Below, one piece after another: positions 19,512 to 29,219 of a stretch of 64,000 nucleotides of DNA. Position 1 is the stretch's first letter, and the number at the start of each line of letters is the position of its first letter. The position numbers were made by a program, and so were the translations under genes. Origin of the DNA: a virus; IMG/VR virus record IMGVR_UViG_3300027863_000019, positions 32,001-96,000 of that record; one strand, given 5' to 3'. The notes beneath the pieces are model-generated. The model ran no database searches, was not told the origin of the DNA, and saw only the letters and a program-made list of their open reading frames with translations.

Positions 19512-19928
19512 ATGAAACTAATCCGAGTCACGGATACAGATGAGTTCATGGGGTGGGATGTTGGTGACATCTCTGATACTGCTTTAATCTTTGAACTTAA
19601 ACACGCATGGAAAGATTATTTTAAGAAACACTCCTGTCCTTTAACTGTAGCGGCAGCAACGTTACATCCCGCAAGAGACTTTTGTAAACGAATAGGAATC
19701 CCATTTAGATTCTTCATTCGTTGCAGTATTCAAATCTTAGGGCAGTTTCCAAAGCCGTGGGAACTAAATCTTCGTTGGTTACAAGAAGAGATTGAAATCA
19801 TTTGGCTTTCAATGAAGGATACGCTCATTCCCGTTATTCAAGAGACGGATGAAGCTCAAAAAATTTTGCGGTCTCATAAGAAAAGTGAAAAGCGTAATTT
19901 ACATCATTCAAAATTTAGTGGATCATAG
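19512..19928 (+). CDS. hypothetical protein
   Basis: 138 aa ORF. Confidence 0.6.
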   Translation: MKLIRVTDTDEFMGWDVGDISDTALIFELKHAWKDYFKKHSCPLTVAAATLHPARDFCKRIGIPFRFFIRCSIQILGQFPKPWELNLRWLQEEIEIIWLSMKDTLIPVIQETDEAQKILRSHKKSEKRNLHHSKFSGS

Positions 19929-19935
19929 AGTTTAT

Positions 19936-20112
19936 ATGGGATCTGCTCAAGGAAAAATTCGTTCGACTAAAACTCGTCGAAAAAACGAGTAAAAAGCAAA
20001 GAAAGGTAATCAGAGTTGGTTTGGGAGAAAGCACTCTGAAGAATCTAAAGATAAAATGAAACAATCTAAACAAAAGGCGCATCGTGCAAATTCCAGACAA
20101 CCAAATCGTTAG
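19936..20112 (+). pseudogene. NUMOD3-motif homing endonuclease remnant
   Basis: Frameshifted GKIRSTKTRRK and WFGRKHSEESKDKMKQSK motifs. Confidence 0.6.
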
Positions 20113-21328
20113 CGCGATCTTTATCGACAGATTCGCACCAGTTTTATTAGCTCGATTTCGTAGTGAATGGCTTGGCGCAAAAGAACTGCAGCTAATCTTC
20201 TCAGAAGCCCAACGCTATTTCACTCAATTCCGAGAAACTCCAACTAAAGAATCCCTTATGACCTTTATCAAGATCGAGGGAAGGGTTCCGACTAATCAAT
20301 GTACTCAACTCGAGGAGATACTGTCATCACTGCCAATTGTATCCCAACCGGAATTTTTCGAGTTTGAGTTAAGCCATATTCTACAAGGTAAAGCATTGAG
20401 TAGTGCTTTACGAGATGCCATCCCCCTATATCAGGAGGAGAAGTTTGAAAATATTTTCGAGTTATTTGCGAGAGCGAAAGCCAGTGCAATTACCAAAAAA
20501 GAAGCTATTGGCTCGTTCTGGGATGATTGGGAGCAACGTGACGTTTCATTTCGCGGCGAACCAAGCCCCACGGGATTTACAACACTCGACTCAATTATGG
20601 GGGGAGGCTTGTATCCAGGTGAGTCAATGCTTACAATTGGTCTCAAGTCAACTGGCAAAACTTTCTTTGCCGTCTGGGTTGCTCGAGCTGCCTTAGTCTT
20701 TAATAAGTTTAACATCATCTATACGATGGAGATTTCCCGTTCAGACTTTTTAAAACGGCTTGACTGTTCAATTGTTGAAATGGATTTTGATGTCTATATG
20801 GATCACAAGGATGAGATTCGTGATCTCATTATGGCAAAAAGAGAGGAGCTCGAAGGTAATTTAATCGTCGTAGAATATCCTTCCGGCTATCCTACAGTGC
20901 CGATCATTGAGAACCAGACATTAGAGCTCGAACAGAAATACGGTCGTAAGGTTAATAGCGTTGTAATTGATTATGTTGACCTTTTAAAAGGAACGGTAGT
21001 AGGTGCTGAATCATCTGCTAGATTCGGTTTGATTTCTACTACAGTTGAACTTCGCGGAATGTGTGGAAAGAACGATTGGTCCGCGATAATCTTAACTCAG
21101 TCAAACGCAATGGGTAAGAAGAAACCTTTTATTGAGTCTGAGAATGCCGCTGAAGGTTACGGCAAGTCGTGGAGTAGTGACTTTGTCGTCAGCATTAATG
21201 AAGTTGTTGGCAGGCCAGATTTAAGAAGACTTTATATTGCTGACTCACGTCGAACTCAAAAGAAAGTTTCAATTTTATATGAAGTAGACTTTAGTAAGTC
21301 GATTTGGAAAGAATGTTCCGGGTTTTGA
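20084..21328 (+). CDS. DnaB-like replicative helicase
   Basis: PTGFTTLD, Walker A GLKSTGKT, TME, VIDYVDLL, TQ.N. Confidence 0.9.
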   Translation: MQIPDNQIVSAIFIDRFAPVLLARFRSEWLGAKELQLIFSEAQRYFTQFRETPTKESLMTFIKIEGRVPTNQCTQLEEILSSLPIVSQPEFFEFELSHILQGKALSSALRDAIPLYQEEKFENIFELFARAKASAITKKEAIGSFWDDWEQRDVSFRGEPSPTGFTTLDSIMGGGLYPGESMLTIGLKSTGKTFFAVWVARAALVFNKFNIIYTMEISRSDFLKRLDCSIVEMDFDVYMDHKDEIRDLIMAKREELEGNLIVVEYPSGYPTVPIIENQTLELEQKYGRKVNSVVIDYVDLLKGTVVGAESSARFGLISTTVELRGMCGKNDWSAIILTQSNAMGKKKPFIESENAAEGYGKSWSSDFVVSINEVVGRPDLRRLYIADSRRTQKKVSILYEVDFSKSIWKECSGF

Positions 21329-21335
21329 AATCCAA

Positions 21336-21368
21336 CTAGAAGCCCTCCGAAGCAGGGGGAGTATTCAC
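21336..21368 (+). mobile_element. IS200/IS605 right-end repeat (copy 3)
   Basis: ctagaagccctccgaagcagggggagtattcac. Confidence 0.65.
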
Positions 21369-21390
21369 TAATTGTAAACTGGAATTAACT

Positions 21391-23337
21391 GTGAATCATC
21401 ACCAACAATTCAAGACAACTGGCTCAAGGGAGATCCGTTTCAACTGCCCAATGTGTCCAAGCGGTGATTCGGGATATCATCTCTATTACAACCCCGTAAA
21501 GAGTGTTTTCTTTTGTTTACCTCCTTACTCTTTAGTGAGGTTAGCCCGAGGATTTTTTCCGATCGAGCAAGTAAAAATCGGCGATAAAGTCATCTCTTCA
21601 GATGGATTTCTGAGTAATGTAATTGATATTTGGAGTTCAAATTCTTCTAAGCCATTAGTAAGGGTAGTTCTTGAAAAAATGTCTGGACTGCCTTTAGAGT
21701 GTACGATTGATCATCCTATCTTTTGTATTAGAGATGGAGTTGAACAATATGTTGAAGCTGGTAAATTGCGTGAAAGTGACTATGTCTGTCTTTCCCATTT
21801 TTGTCATATAAAGGATCTCGAGGAAATTCAAATTGAAAGCTCCCGCTCCCGACTTTACAAGGATTCTTTAGGATCAGAATATGCAACAAAGGAAGGTGAC
21901 ACCCAAAAAAGAATTATTAAAGTCTCAAATGATTTTATGTATTTTTTAGGTTTATGGTTAGGCGACGGATTTTCAGCTAAAGGAAATGAAATTGGGATTT
22001 GTACTAGTCAAGAAAATGTTGATTTGATTTCATGTTTAGCTAAAAAAGTTTTGGGTAAATCATCCATTACTACAGGTAATGGAGCTCTATGTGTTCATGT
22101 TTGTGATACTTTTATCTCCCGCTTTTTCGTAAATCATTTTAGAGATTGTAACGGTGGTAAGTTTATACCTATTTGGATTTCACAATTACCAATCGAAAAA
22201 CTGCGTCATTTATTAGCTGGATTAATAGATAGTGATGGCTCGAGTCAAAATGAGGGTCGGTTTGTAAGTTTACAACAAACCGAAAAAAATAAGCAGCTCC
22301 TGTTCGCAGCATTTGAGATTTTCCAAAAATGTGGGGTTCCAGTCTCACTTCAATTCACGAGAGATAAGTATATAAATCATTCAGACAGATGGAATTTGCA
22401 AATGTCAGTAAATTTTGTCGCTGATTTACCTTTAAGAATCAAGCAGGCGCAGTTGACGAAGTGGGAAGATAATGTTAAAAATTTTAAGCATCTCAAGCTT
22501 AAAGATTGTTTTGCGTACAAGGTTAAAACAGTAGAAGTTTTAAAACAAGTGTCCGGTTTGGTATATGATTTAACAGTCGAGGGTGACCCTTCGTTCGCAG
22601 CGCCGTTTGCGATAGTCCACAATTGTCATAGATGTCATTACAGTGGATATGGTTTTCCTCAACTCGTTAAGACTTCTCTGCCTTTAGTAACTCCTACCAA
22701 GGAAGTAAAAGCAAAAGACCTCGAGTGGCAACCCCTTCATTGGCCTCCGACTGGTATTCTCGAATCCACCGTTTGGGATTATTTACTTACAACTAGGGGA
22801 ATCTCTGCGAATGTTATTGAACACTTTAAATTAGGTTGGACTCACAAGATTCCTTTAGCAGTAGTAATTCCATTAATTCAAGATGGAGATATTAGAGCAT
22901 TACAAGTGAGATTTTTAAGTAGCCAAATGAAACCCAAGTATTTGAATTATGCCATTGGAGATAAACCAATGGTGAAGTCCGAGATGATATTTAATATTGA
23001 TTCTGTTATTAAGGGTGTTAGTAAGTTATATATAATGGAAGGTGTCTTTGATGTAATGAAATCGGGTATCTGGAATGGTGTTTGTACTTTTGGAAAAATA
23101 ATTTCATCTGCGCAGTTAGTAATAATTAATAAGATACCTAAAGAAAAACTCGTGTTATCATTTGATTTCGATGTTAAAATAAAAGAAATCATCGAATCAA
23201 TTAAATCGTTGGAATCATTTGGAACCGTTTTTATTAAGAAAATTCCTGAAGGAAAGGATCCTGGAGATTTCGATCCCGATGCATTCGAACTACTGCCTGA
23301 AATTACAACACAAGAATATATGTTGGGGGTGCTCTAA
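21391..23337 (+). CDS. DNA primase (Zn-finger + TOPRIM), intein-containing
   Basis: CPMC...[intein]CHRC; EGVFD, SFDFD, KDPGD. Confidence 0.9.
   Translation: MNHHQQFKTTGSREIRFNCPMCPSGDSGYHLYYNPVKSVFFCLPPYSLVRLARGFFPIEQVKIGDKVISSDGFLSNVIDIWSSNSSKPLVRVVLEKMSGLPLECTIDHPIFCIRDGVEQYVEAGKLRESDYVCLSHFCHIKDLEEIQIESSRSRLYKDSLGSEYATKEGDTQKRIIKVSNDFMYFLGLWLGDGFSAKGNEIGICTSQENVDLISCLAKKVLGKSSITTGNGALCVHVCDTFISRFFVNHFRDCNGGKFIPIWISQLPIEKLRHLLAGLIDSDGSSQNEGRFVSLQQTEKNKQLLFAAFEIFQKCGVPVSLQFTRDKYINHSDRWNLQMSVNFVADLPLRIKQAQLTKWEDNVKNFKHLKLKDCFAYKVKTVEVLKQVSGLVYDLTVEGDPSFAAPFAIVHNCHRCHYSGYGFPQLVKTSLPLVTPTKEVKAKDLEWQPLHWPPTGILESTVWDYLLTTRGISANVIEHFKLGWTHKIPLAVVIPLIQDGDIRALQVRFLSSQMKPKYLNYAIGDKPMVKSEMIFNIDSVIKGVSKLYIMEGVFDVMKSGIWNGVCTFGKIISSAQLVIINKIPKEKLVLSFDFDVKIKEIIESIKSLESFGTVFIKKIPEGKDPGDFDPDAFELLPEITTQEYMLGVL
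21514..22623 (+). mobile_element. intein with LAGLIDADG endonuclease (370 aa)
   Basis: CLPPYS start, CTIDHP block B, LGLWLGDG and LAGLIDSDG, VHN|C end. Confidence 0.92.
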
Positions 23338-23582
23338 TGATCGCGATTATTGAAAAGGGAGTGTTAGGAAATCGGGATGGTGATCCGATCTATTCGATCG
23401 TCATTGATGACGAGACGGATACTGAAGTTAACTTTATGACGCAAATGCAAATCGATGGAACGTTATCAGATTTGGAAGAGGAGTTTGATTTTAATCCTGA
23501 TCTGATTAAAGCATTGGAACGACTTCCAATTTATGGAAGTCTAGAAGTGCAAATTAAACTCGAATTGGATAACGTAAGATGA
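23337..23582 (+). CDS. hypothetical acidic protein
   Basis: Translationally coupled ORF. Confidence 0.6.
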   Translation: MIAIIEKGVLGNRDGDPIYSIVIDDETDTEVNFMTQMQIDGTLSDLEEEFDFNPDLIKALERLPIYGSLEVQIKLELDNVR

Positions 23583-23773
23583 CACCAAGAATAAGATTCC
23601 TAATCCACGAGTTCGCGAAGGCATTCCGCGATGGTCAAGATCCATTTAAGGATGACTTCCTTCACGCAAAGAAGGTTAATTCAGCTGAACTAGTTGCACT
23701 AAGAGAGTTCGCGGGAAATGTCTTTATGATTTATTTGAAACAATCAGGAGGCGTACCCGATGAGTCTGCCTAA
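23579..23773 (+). CDS. hypothetical protein
   Basis: ATGA-coupled ORF. Confidence 0.6.
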   Translation: MTPRIRFLIHEFAKAFRDGQDPFKDDFLHAKKVNSAELVALREFAGNVFMIYLKQSGGVPDESA

Positions 23774-24455
23774 AATGGCCTTTGAGGTTCCGAAGAAGAA
23801 TCTCGCATTTGGAAGACAGTATGCAGATTACTTATTCGTCCTTGCACATTTAATGCACATTCAAGAATACCGAAGTGAAGTGTATTCGTGTCAAGATGCG
23901 GGAATGGATATCTATCTGGATAACTCTGCCTTTGAACTCAAAGAGTCGGTGAGCTTAGATTCTTATATTGGATTGATTCTCGAATTAAATCCAACAGTAG
24001 TTATCGTTCCTGATGCTATTGGTGATCTCGTTAAGACTCTAAAATTGACTCGACAGTTCTATGAAGGGGTTCCCGAACGATTCTTTCAAAAGTATAAGTT
24101 TATGATTGTACTTCAAGGGCAAGATAATCGAGAGAGAATGAAATGCTTTCATATCATTCGTTCTTTTGGTTATCCGTTTCATTTTGTTGGACTTCCAAGA
24201 CATGCATGTCCAAATCGAGTTGAACTACTAAATGCGGTGAAGAGGTTCACAGGAAAGAAACCAATTCACTTCCTCGGGCTTCCAGATCCAAAAGAATTGA
24301 AGGGGATTGGAAATGCAATCGACTCGTTAGACACTTCTTGGGTTTCTAAGTATTCAATTGGTAAAGGTGCCAATGACTATTTAGACTTTGAGAATGATGA
24401 AATTAACGAGCAAAAATTTGTTGAAGGTTATAATATAATAAAAAACAGCTTCTGA
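23760..24455 (+). CDS. TGT-fold protein, putative DpdA-type deazaguanine DNA transglycosylase
   Basis: LDNSAF, VPD, VLQG, IHFLG, SLDTS correspond to TGT/DpdA barrel motifs; queD, folE and queC in same window. Confidence 0.6.
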   Translation: MSLPKMAFEVPKKNLAFGRQYADYLFVLAHLMHIQEYRSEVYSCQDAGMDIYLDNSAFELKESVSLDSYIGLILELNPTVVIVPDAIGDLVKTLKLTRQFYEGVPERFFQKYKFMIVLQGQDNRERMKCFHIIRSFGYPFHFVGLPRHACPNRVELLNAVKRFTGKKPIHFLGLPDPKELKGIGNAIDSLDTSWVSKYSIGKGANDYLDFENDEINEQKFVEGYNIIKNSF

Positions 24456-24467
24456 AAGGGAAGTTTT

Positions 24468-26861
24468 ATGTCAACGATTCCAGATTATGTAAAGAACCTG
24501 CTTCTGCAGAGTTCTCCTAACGCTATTGTACCTCCGCAAAAACCTGTAAGACCATTTAATGGATTAGCCTTTGTAGGCATTGCTCCAGGCTCAGATGAAG
24601 TTGAGCAAGGTCAAGTCTTCTGCGGCCCTTCTGGGCAGATCTTAAATAAGGCTCTTTACTTTTCTGGTATTGATAGAACTGAATGTTGGGTTGGAAATTT
24701 AATTCCTTGTAAACTCCCGGGTAATAGAACTCCATCGAAAGGTGAAGTTATGTTATTTCGTGGGCAGTTAATTCAAGCGTTGAAAGAAATTCAACCTAAA
24801 GTTATTGTCACGATGGGAGCTGAACCAACTAGAGCATTCTTTCCTGAGACTGATATTCAAATAATGACGATGCGATCTCACGTCTTAGAATGTCCAGAAC
24901 TTCCTGGCGTTCAAATAATGCCAACAATTCATCCCTCGTATATCCTTCGCCAAAGTCTTTCTTTAGCAGCACTGTTAATAAACGACTTAATGATCTCAAA
25001 AGAGTTGTTACAAGGTAAGCCAAGATATCGTCCTTGGACTTATGAGTTTATTACAAGTCTTGAACAACTTGATTCTATCCTTACTGCGAATAAAGGAACA
25101 TTAATGTTCCTTGATACGGAAGCTACAAGTACTAATCCGCATCAAGCTGAACTCTTCATGATTAGTTTTTGCTTTGCGGATAATATCGATAAGGGTTATT
25201 GCATTCATACTCCATCATTATATTACGATGGTTTAATGGGACCAGAAGAATTACTTGATGGAACAAGTCATCTAACACCAAGAGAAAAAGCTCTTGAGGT
25301 TTTCAAGAGACATAATTTCCAAACTGGAGTCTTTAACATGTTATATGACTATGTGTTATTGCAACGGTTTGGATATTCACCTGATGTCTATGTTGATCCA
25401 ATGTATGCGTTTACGCTGATCGATGAGAACTGTCCTAAGAGCTTATCTAATCTTGGAAGCTTCTTCAGCGGTATTGGTCCATACACGATGGACTATACGT
25501 CGGTAGATATCGATCAATGGATTCCTTATGCAGCATGTGACGCTGTGAACTCAGCTCGAGTTTGGGAAGCAACGAAAAAACACTTTGAAGAACTCCCAAA
25601 GAAAAATCTACTGTTCAAATATTTAATGCCGTTGCTCAGAACCTTGGCGAAAGTTTCAATTAATGGTCTTGGAGTTAATCTTGAAAAGCTAGGAGAGGTT
25701 GACAAACATCTCTCGAGAGAGATTGGCAGTAAAGTTCATATGATGCAGCAAGCCGTTGGCTTTAGTTTCAATCATCGATCTAGTGATCAGCTCGCGAAGG
25801 TTTTTCAAAAGTTAGGAATTCCAATTCGTGGAAAGACTAAGACCGGTAAGCCGAGTTTTAATAAAGAGGTATTAAGTGGCTTATCAGAAAGATACCCATT
25901 CGTACAAACGCTCTTAGAAGTTAAGTCGATGGAGAAAATGCACTCTTCTTATGTGAAGAATATTCAGAACTATGTTGATTCTAATAATCGTGTTCATACG
26001 AACTTCGATATTAAGAAGACGGGTAGATTATCTGCAACTGAGCCAGCGTTACAGACTCTACCACGTAAGTCCATTATCTTGGAATTGTTCGCCGCGAAAC
26101 CAAATCATACTTTAATTAAGTGTGACTTTAGCGCCGCTGAGTTGAGATGGATGGGATTCTTATCAGGTCAACACGAATGGTTAGATCCTACGATCGATAT
26201 TCACGTGAACAATGCATCGTTCTTCTTTAAGGTTCCTCGTGAATCGGTTTCAAGTGAGATGAGAACGAAAGTAAAGTTTATTGCGTTTGGTAAAATTTAT
26301 GGTTCGTCTGATTCTCTTCTCGCGAAGCAATTAAAAACATCTGAACATGAGGCGAAGAAGTTAAACGAAATATTCTTTAAGACCTTTCCTAAAGTCTATG
26401 AGTATATGGTTCGTACTGAGGAAAAGGTTAATGAGATTGGCACACTCCAAAACTGGTATGGTCTTGAAAGGCATTTCTTCTTTGATATGCAATTTGGCGC
26501 ACCTGGTGATAGAGCTAGGGCGGTTCGTGAAGGATATAATTTTGGACCACAATCAACGGTAGCAATGTGGACGAATATGTCTTTGATGAAGGTACATAAT
26601 TGGTTGGAAAAGAATATGCCCGAAGCGAAAGTCGTTCTCCAGATTCATGATGCTATAATCGTTGAATGTCCGAATGATTTGTTACCTAAAGCTATTAACG
26701 CGATCTGGCAAATTCTACGTAGACCAATCTGTAAGAAGACTGGATTCTTTCTCCCGGTTGATACTTCAATTGGTCCTGATCTCTTACATCAGGAGCTGAT
26801 CATTCCCTTTTATGTACAAAATTTAGAAGAGATCGGAGGAGGCTTACAAAAGGCGTCATGA
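24468..26861 (+). CDS. family A DNA polymerase with N-terminal family-4 UDG-like domain
   Basis: GIAPG...FCGPSG...HPSY; exonuclease DTE and YAACD; TGRLS, DFSAAELR, K...FG..YG, QIHDA. Confidence 0.92.
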   Translation: MSTIPDYVKNLLLQSSPNAIVPPQKPVRPFNGLAFVGIAPGSDEVEQGQVFCGPSGQILNKALYFSGIDRTECWVGNLIPCKLPGNRTPSKGEVMLFRGQLIQALKEIQPKVIVTMGAEPTRAFFPETDIQIMTMRSHVLECPELPGVQIMPTIHPSYILRQSLSLAALLINDLMISKELLQGKPRYRPWTYEFITSLEQLDSILTANKGTLMFLDTEATSTNPHQAELFMISFCFADNIDKGYCIHTPSLYYDGLMGPEELLDGTSHLTPREKALEVFKRHNFQTGVFNMLYDYVLLQRFGYSPDVYVDPMYAFTLIDENCPKSLSNLGSFFSGIGPYTMDYTSVDIDQWIPYAACDAVNSARVWEATKKHFEELPKKNLLFKYLMPLLRTLAKVSINGLGVNLEKLGEVDKHLSREIGSKVHMMQQAVGFSFNHRSSDQLAKVFQKLGIPIRGKTKTGKPSFNKEVLSGLSERYPFVQTLLEVKSMEKMHSSYVKNIQNYVDSNNRVHTNFDIKKTGRLSATEPALQTLPRKSIILELFAAKPNHTLIKCDFSAAELRWMGFLSGQHEWLDPTIDIHVNNASFFFKVPRESVSSEMRTKVKFIAFGKIYGSSDSLLAKQLKTSEHEAKKLNEIFFKTFPKVYEYMVRTEEKVNEIGTLQNWYGLERHFFFDMQFGAPGDRARAVREGYNFGPQSTVAMWTNMSLMKVHNWLEKNMPEAKVVLQIHDAIIVECPNDLLPKAINAIWQILRRPICKKTGFFLPVDTSIGPDLLHQELIIPFYVQNLEEIGGGLQKAS

Positions 26862-27121
26862 GATTAATTCTGGCAGTACTGTTACTGACACTTTTTAGCG
26901 GATGTACAACAGTCGCTTTACTGACTGTCGATCTATACGATGGATGCCGAGTACAATATGTTGTCGGAAAAGTTTCAAGTCCTTTTAGAACTGGAATGAT
27001 TTGGTGCGATCGTTGGTATTACGATTCAGCAACACAGAAGTCGGCGCTCGTTCGATCTGATGCAACCAGAACAGATAGCGAAAAACCAAGTCTTCCAACA
27101 ATTCCGGTGATACCTTTTTAA
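26858..27121 (+). CDS. putative lipoprotein
   Basis: Signal peptide with FSGC lipobox. Confidence 0.6.
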   Translation: MRLILAVLLLTLFSGCTTVALLTVDLYDGCRVQYVVGKVSSPFRTGMIWCDRWYYDSATQKSALVRSDATRTDSEKPSLPTIPVIPF

Positions 27122-27125
27122 AGGA

Positions 27126-27440
27126 TTGATTATGTTATCCGAACTTCATCGAATCTATGAAACGTGTTTCGCGTTAATCCTGGCGTCACATAATGCAAAT
27201 ATACTTATTACGCTTTTGAATTCGTTTTTTAATTTCGCTAACTTTATCATTACCATCGCGATAATCACATCGATCATTCGTTTTCATAGGAAGTCGGCAG
27301 TACGTGATGCGGATAAGGTTCATCGTATTGAAGAATTTAAAAGGATTGATTTCGAGAAACTAAGCAATATTTCGACGCAGTTGAATCGCATCGAAGATTA
27401 TGTTAAAACTCGATATCCAGAAGATGAGAAGGAACTATGA
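27126..27440 (+). CDS. membrane protein (paralog of 27437)
   Basis: TM segment + RIEEFK...QLNRIE. Confidence 0.6.
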   Translation: MIMLSELHRIYETCFALILASHNANILITLLNSFFNFANFIITIAIITSIIRFHRKSAVRDADKVHRIEEFKRIDFEKLSNISTQLNRIEDYVKTRYPEDEKEL

Positions 27441-27781
27441 TAAATTTCGATGCTATACAATGGACGATACAATGGTGGACTAGCGTTGAAGCTTTACCTG
27501 CTAGGTCTATTGTAACCTTAGTTAATATGGGATTGAGTCTCGTCAATCTCTTAGTTATTATTTCCGTTATCATTACAATGAGGAAGTTTCGAAAAAGAGT
27601 TTCTGTACAAGATGCTAGTAGAATTGCATACCTTGAAGAGTTTAAAGTTTATGTGAAAAACTTTTTTACAAAGCTTGACTCCATGGCAGAACAGCTTGAT
27701 CGAATCGAAAATAGACAGAGAGGTCAAAAATGTGGGTGCGGCTCGGAGAATGCAGAAGATGCGGACAATGCTGTCACTTAA
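27437..27781 (+). CDS. membrane protein (paralog of 27126)
   Basis: TM segment + LEEFK...QLDRIE. Confidence 0.6.
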   Translation: MINFDAIQWTIQWWTSVEALPARSIVTLVNMGLSLVNLLVIISVIITMRKFRKRVSVQDASRIAYLEEFKVYVKNFFTKLDSMAEQLDRIENRQRGQKCGCGSENAEDADNAVT

Positions 27782-27999
27782 AGAACTTATTAAAATCTTC
27801 TGTGCATCAAAGTGGAACACAATGTAGTCATCCTGATGCTGTCTGTAAACATCTTAAAATAGGTGTAGAGGGCGAAGAAGCTACATGTCTTATTTTTGGA
27901 AAACCAAATAGACCAATTGCATGTTCGCTACATCCTAGCAGTCCAGATTCGTTGACTCCGGGGTGCAGTTATACTTTTGTCTGGGTAATCGGGAGTTAA
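27730..27999 (+). CDS. YkgJ-like cysteine-cluster protein
   Basis: CRRCGQCC, CKHL, CLI...RPIAC..HP. Confidence 0.7.
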   Translation: MWVRLGECRRCGQCCHLKNLLKSSVHQSGTQCSHPDAVCKHLKIGVEGEEATCLIFGKPNRPIACSLHPSSPDSLTPGCSYTFVWVIGS

Positions 28000-28083
28000 G
28001 ACGTTATGACTACCTGCACTAGTTGTAGGAGATGCGTTTTTATTGTGGATGCTTGGACTACAGATGGTCAAAATACTTTATGT

Positions 28084-28097
28084 GAGAGAGCATTCAC
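28084..28097 (+). mobile_element. possible truncated IS right-end repeat (copy 4)
   Basis: gagagagcattcac, identical to the end of copy 1. Confidence 0.35.
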
Positions 28098-28144
28098 GTC
28101 TTGACAAAGACGATCAAATAAAAAAAACGTTTAAGGAATAAAAT

Positions 28145-28558
28145 ATGTTCACAATCAAACGCCGCGCTTCATTTGAGTATGCTCATCGCCTTTTAAACCA
28201 TCCAGCTTTATGTCAGTACTTGCATGGTCATTCAGGGCATGCTGAAGTTGAAATTATGTCTAACGCCTTAGACGATCAGGGAATGGTGGAAGACTTTTCT
28301 GTATTGAAGAAAGCTATGAACGCCGTTCTTGATCAATGGGATCACGCAACTTTATTGCAAGCGACCGATCCATTAAAACCAATCTTCGATCTACACAATC
28401 AAAGAGTTTATACGTTCGAAGAGCCTCCTACTGCCGAAGTAATGTCAAGGACGCTTTTCAATAAACTACAAGATTTCTTTCCTGGTCGTGTGAAGAGAGT
28501 GACAATAAGTGAGACAGAGAACAATCAAGCGACTTTCGAGAGAGGAATTGATTCATGA
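28145..28558 (+). CDS. queD: 6-carboxytetrahydropterin synthase
   Basis: FEYAHRL, C..LHGHS, DF, WDH, PTAE, SET. Confidence 0.92.
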   Translation: MFTIKRRASFEYAHRLLNHPALCQYLHGHSGHAEVEIMSNALDDQGMVEDFSVLKKAMNAVLDQWDHATLLQATDPLKPIFDLHNQRVYTFEEPPTAEVMSRTLFNKLQDFFPGRVKRVTISETENNQATFERGIDS

Positions 28559-28860
28559 TCACTCAGGCAGAAATAATTGAAGTTCTCAAGATGCAATCGA
28601 TCTTGAATGGTTCAATCTGTTTACTTATTGCATTGATAGGTCTTGCTGGATTGCTCGGCGCCTATACGATCATCAGAAATGGATTGCAGGTGGATGATGC
28701 GGACTCGAAACGATGGATGACTTCCTTGGGCATTACTTTAGGAATTATCTCCTTAGCAGGTTTCTGTGTCTTCTTTTGGATGGGATTAACTCGCGTAGCT
28801 AATCCTGGAATGGCAGCGATTGACTTTATCGTTCGTACAGCTCAAGGCAAGTTGTTCTAA
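28555..28860 (+). CDS. two-TM membrane protein
   Basis: Two hydrophobic segments. Confidence 0.65.
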   Translation: MITQAEIIEVLKMQSILNGSICLLIALIGLAGLLGAYTIIRNGLQVDDADSKRWMTSLGITLGIISLAGFCVFFWMGLTRVANPGMAAIDFIVRTAQGKLF

Positions 28861-28863
28861 AGA

Positions 28864-28980
28864 TTTGGAGAGCGACCTCCTGCCGGTACAAGCGAGCCCG
28901 CCGGTTACTTTGACTCCCACTTCACGAGTGTTCAAGGCTCTCCAAAAATTCCCATGACCAACACTCGTGAAGGGGCTCGC
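28864..28980. ncRNA. unassigned structured element (pseudoknot)
   Basis: Three perfect helices of 10, 8 and 13 bp in crossing order. Confidence 0.55.
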
Positions 28981-28988
28981 ACTTAACT

Positions 28989-29219
28989 ATGGCCACATTC
29001 GTTGAATTATATTTAGATGGTAAAGTTGAATTAGAAGACATCGATCGGTTCATCGAAGTGTGGTATTCGGATCGTCTTGAAGAAAGATCACTCCATGAAT
29101 TTTTAGGATTGACAGAGAAAGAGTACGACCAATGGGTAGAAAACCCGAACGTATTTCGAGTACTAAGAGCTGTAAACCCGGAACAACAGCCAAGGCACAA
29201 AAGAAGCGCATCAAAGTAA
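28989..29219 (+). CDS. hypothetical protein
   Basis: IDRFIEVW...LHEFLGLTEKEY..W. Confidence 0.65.
   Translation: MATFVELYLDGKVELEDIDRFIEVWYSDRLEERSLHEFLGLTEKEYDQWVENPNVFRVLRAVNPEQQPRHKRSASK

Noticed and set aside
28007-28103. Possible queE remnant upstream of queD
   Set aside because: MTTCTSCRRC has CxxCxxC spacing, not the radical-SAM CxxxCxxC, and no other QueE motifs are present.
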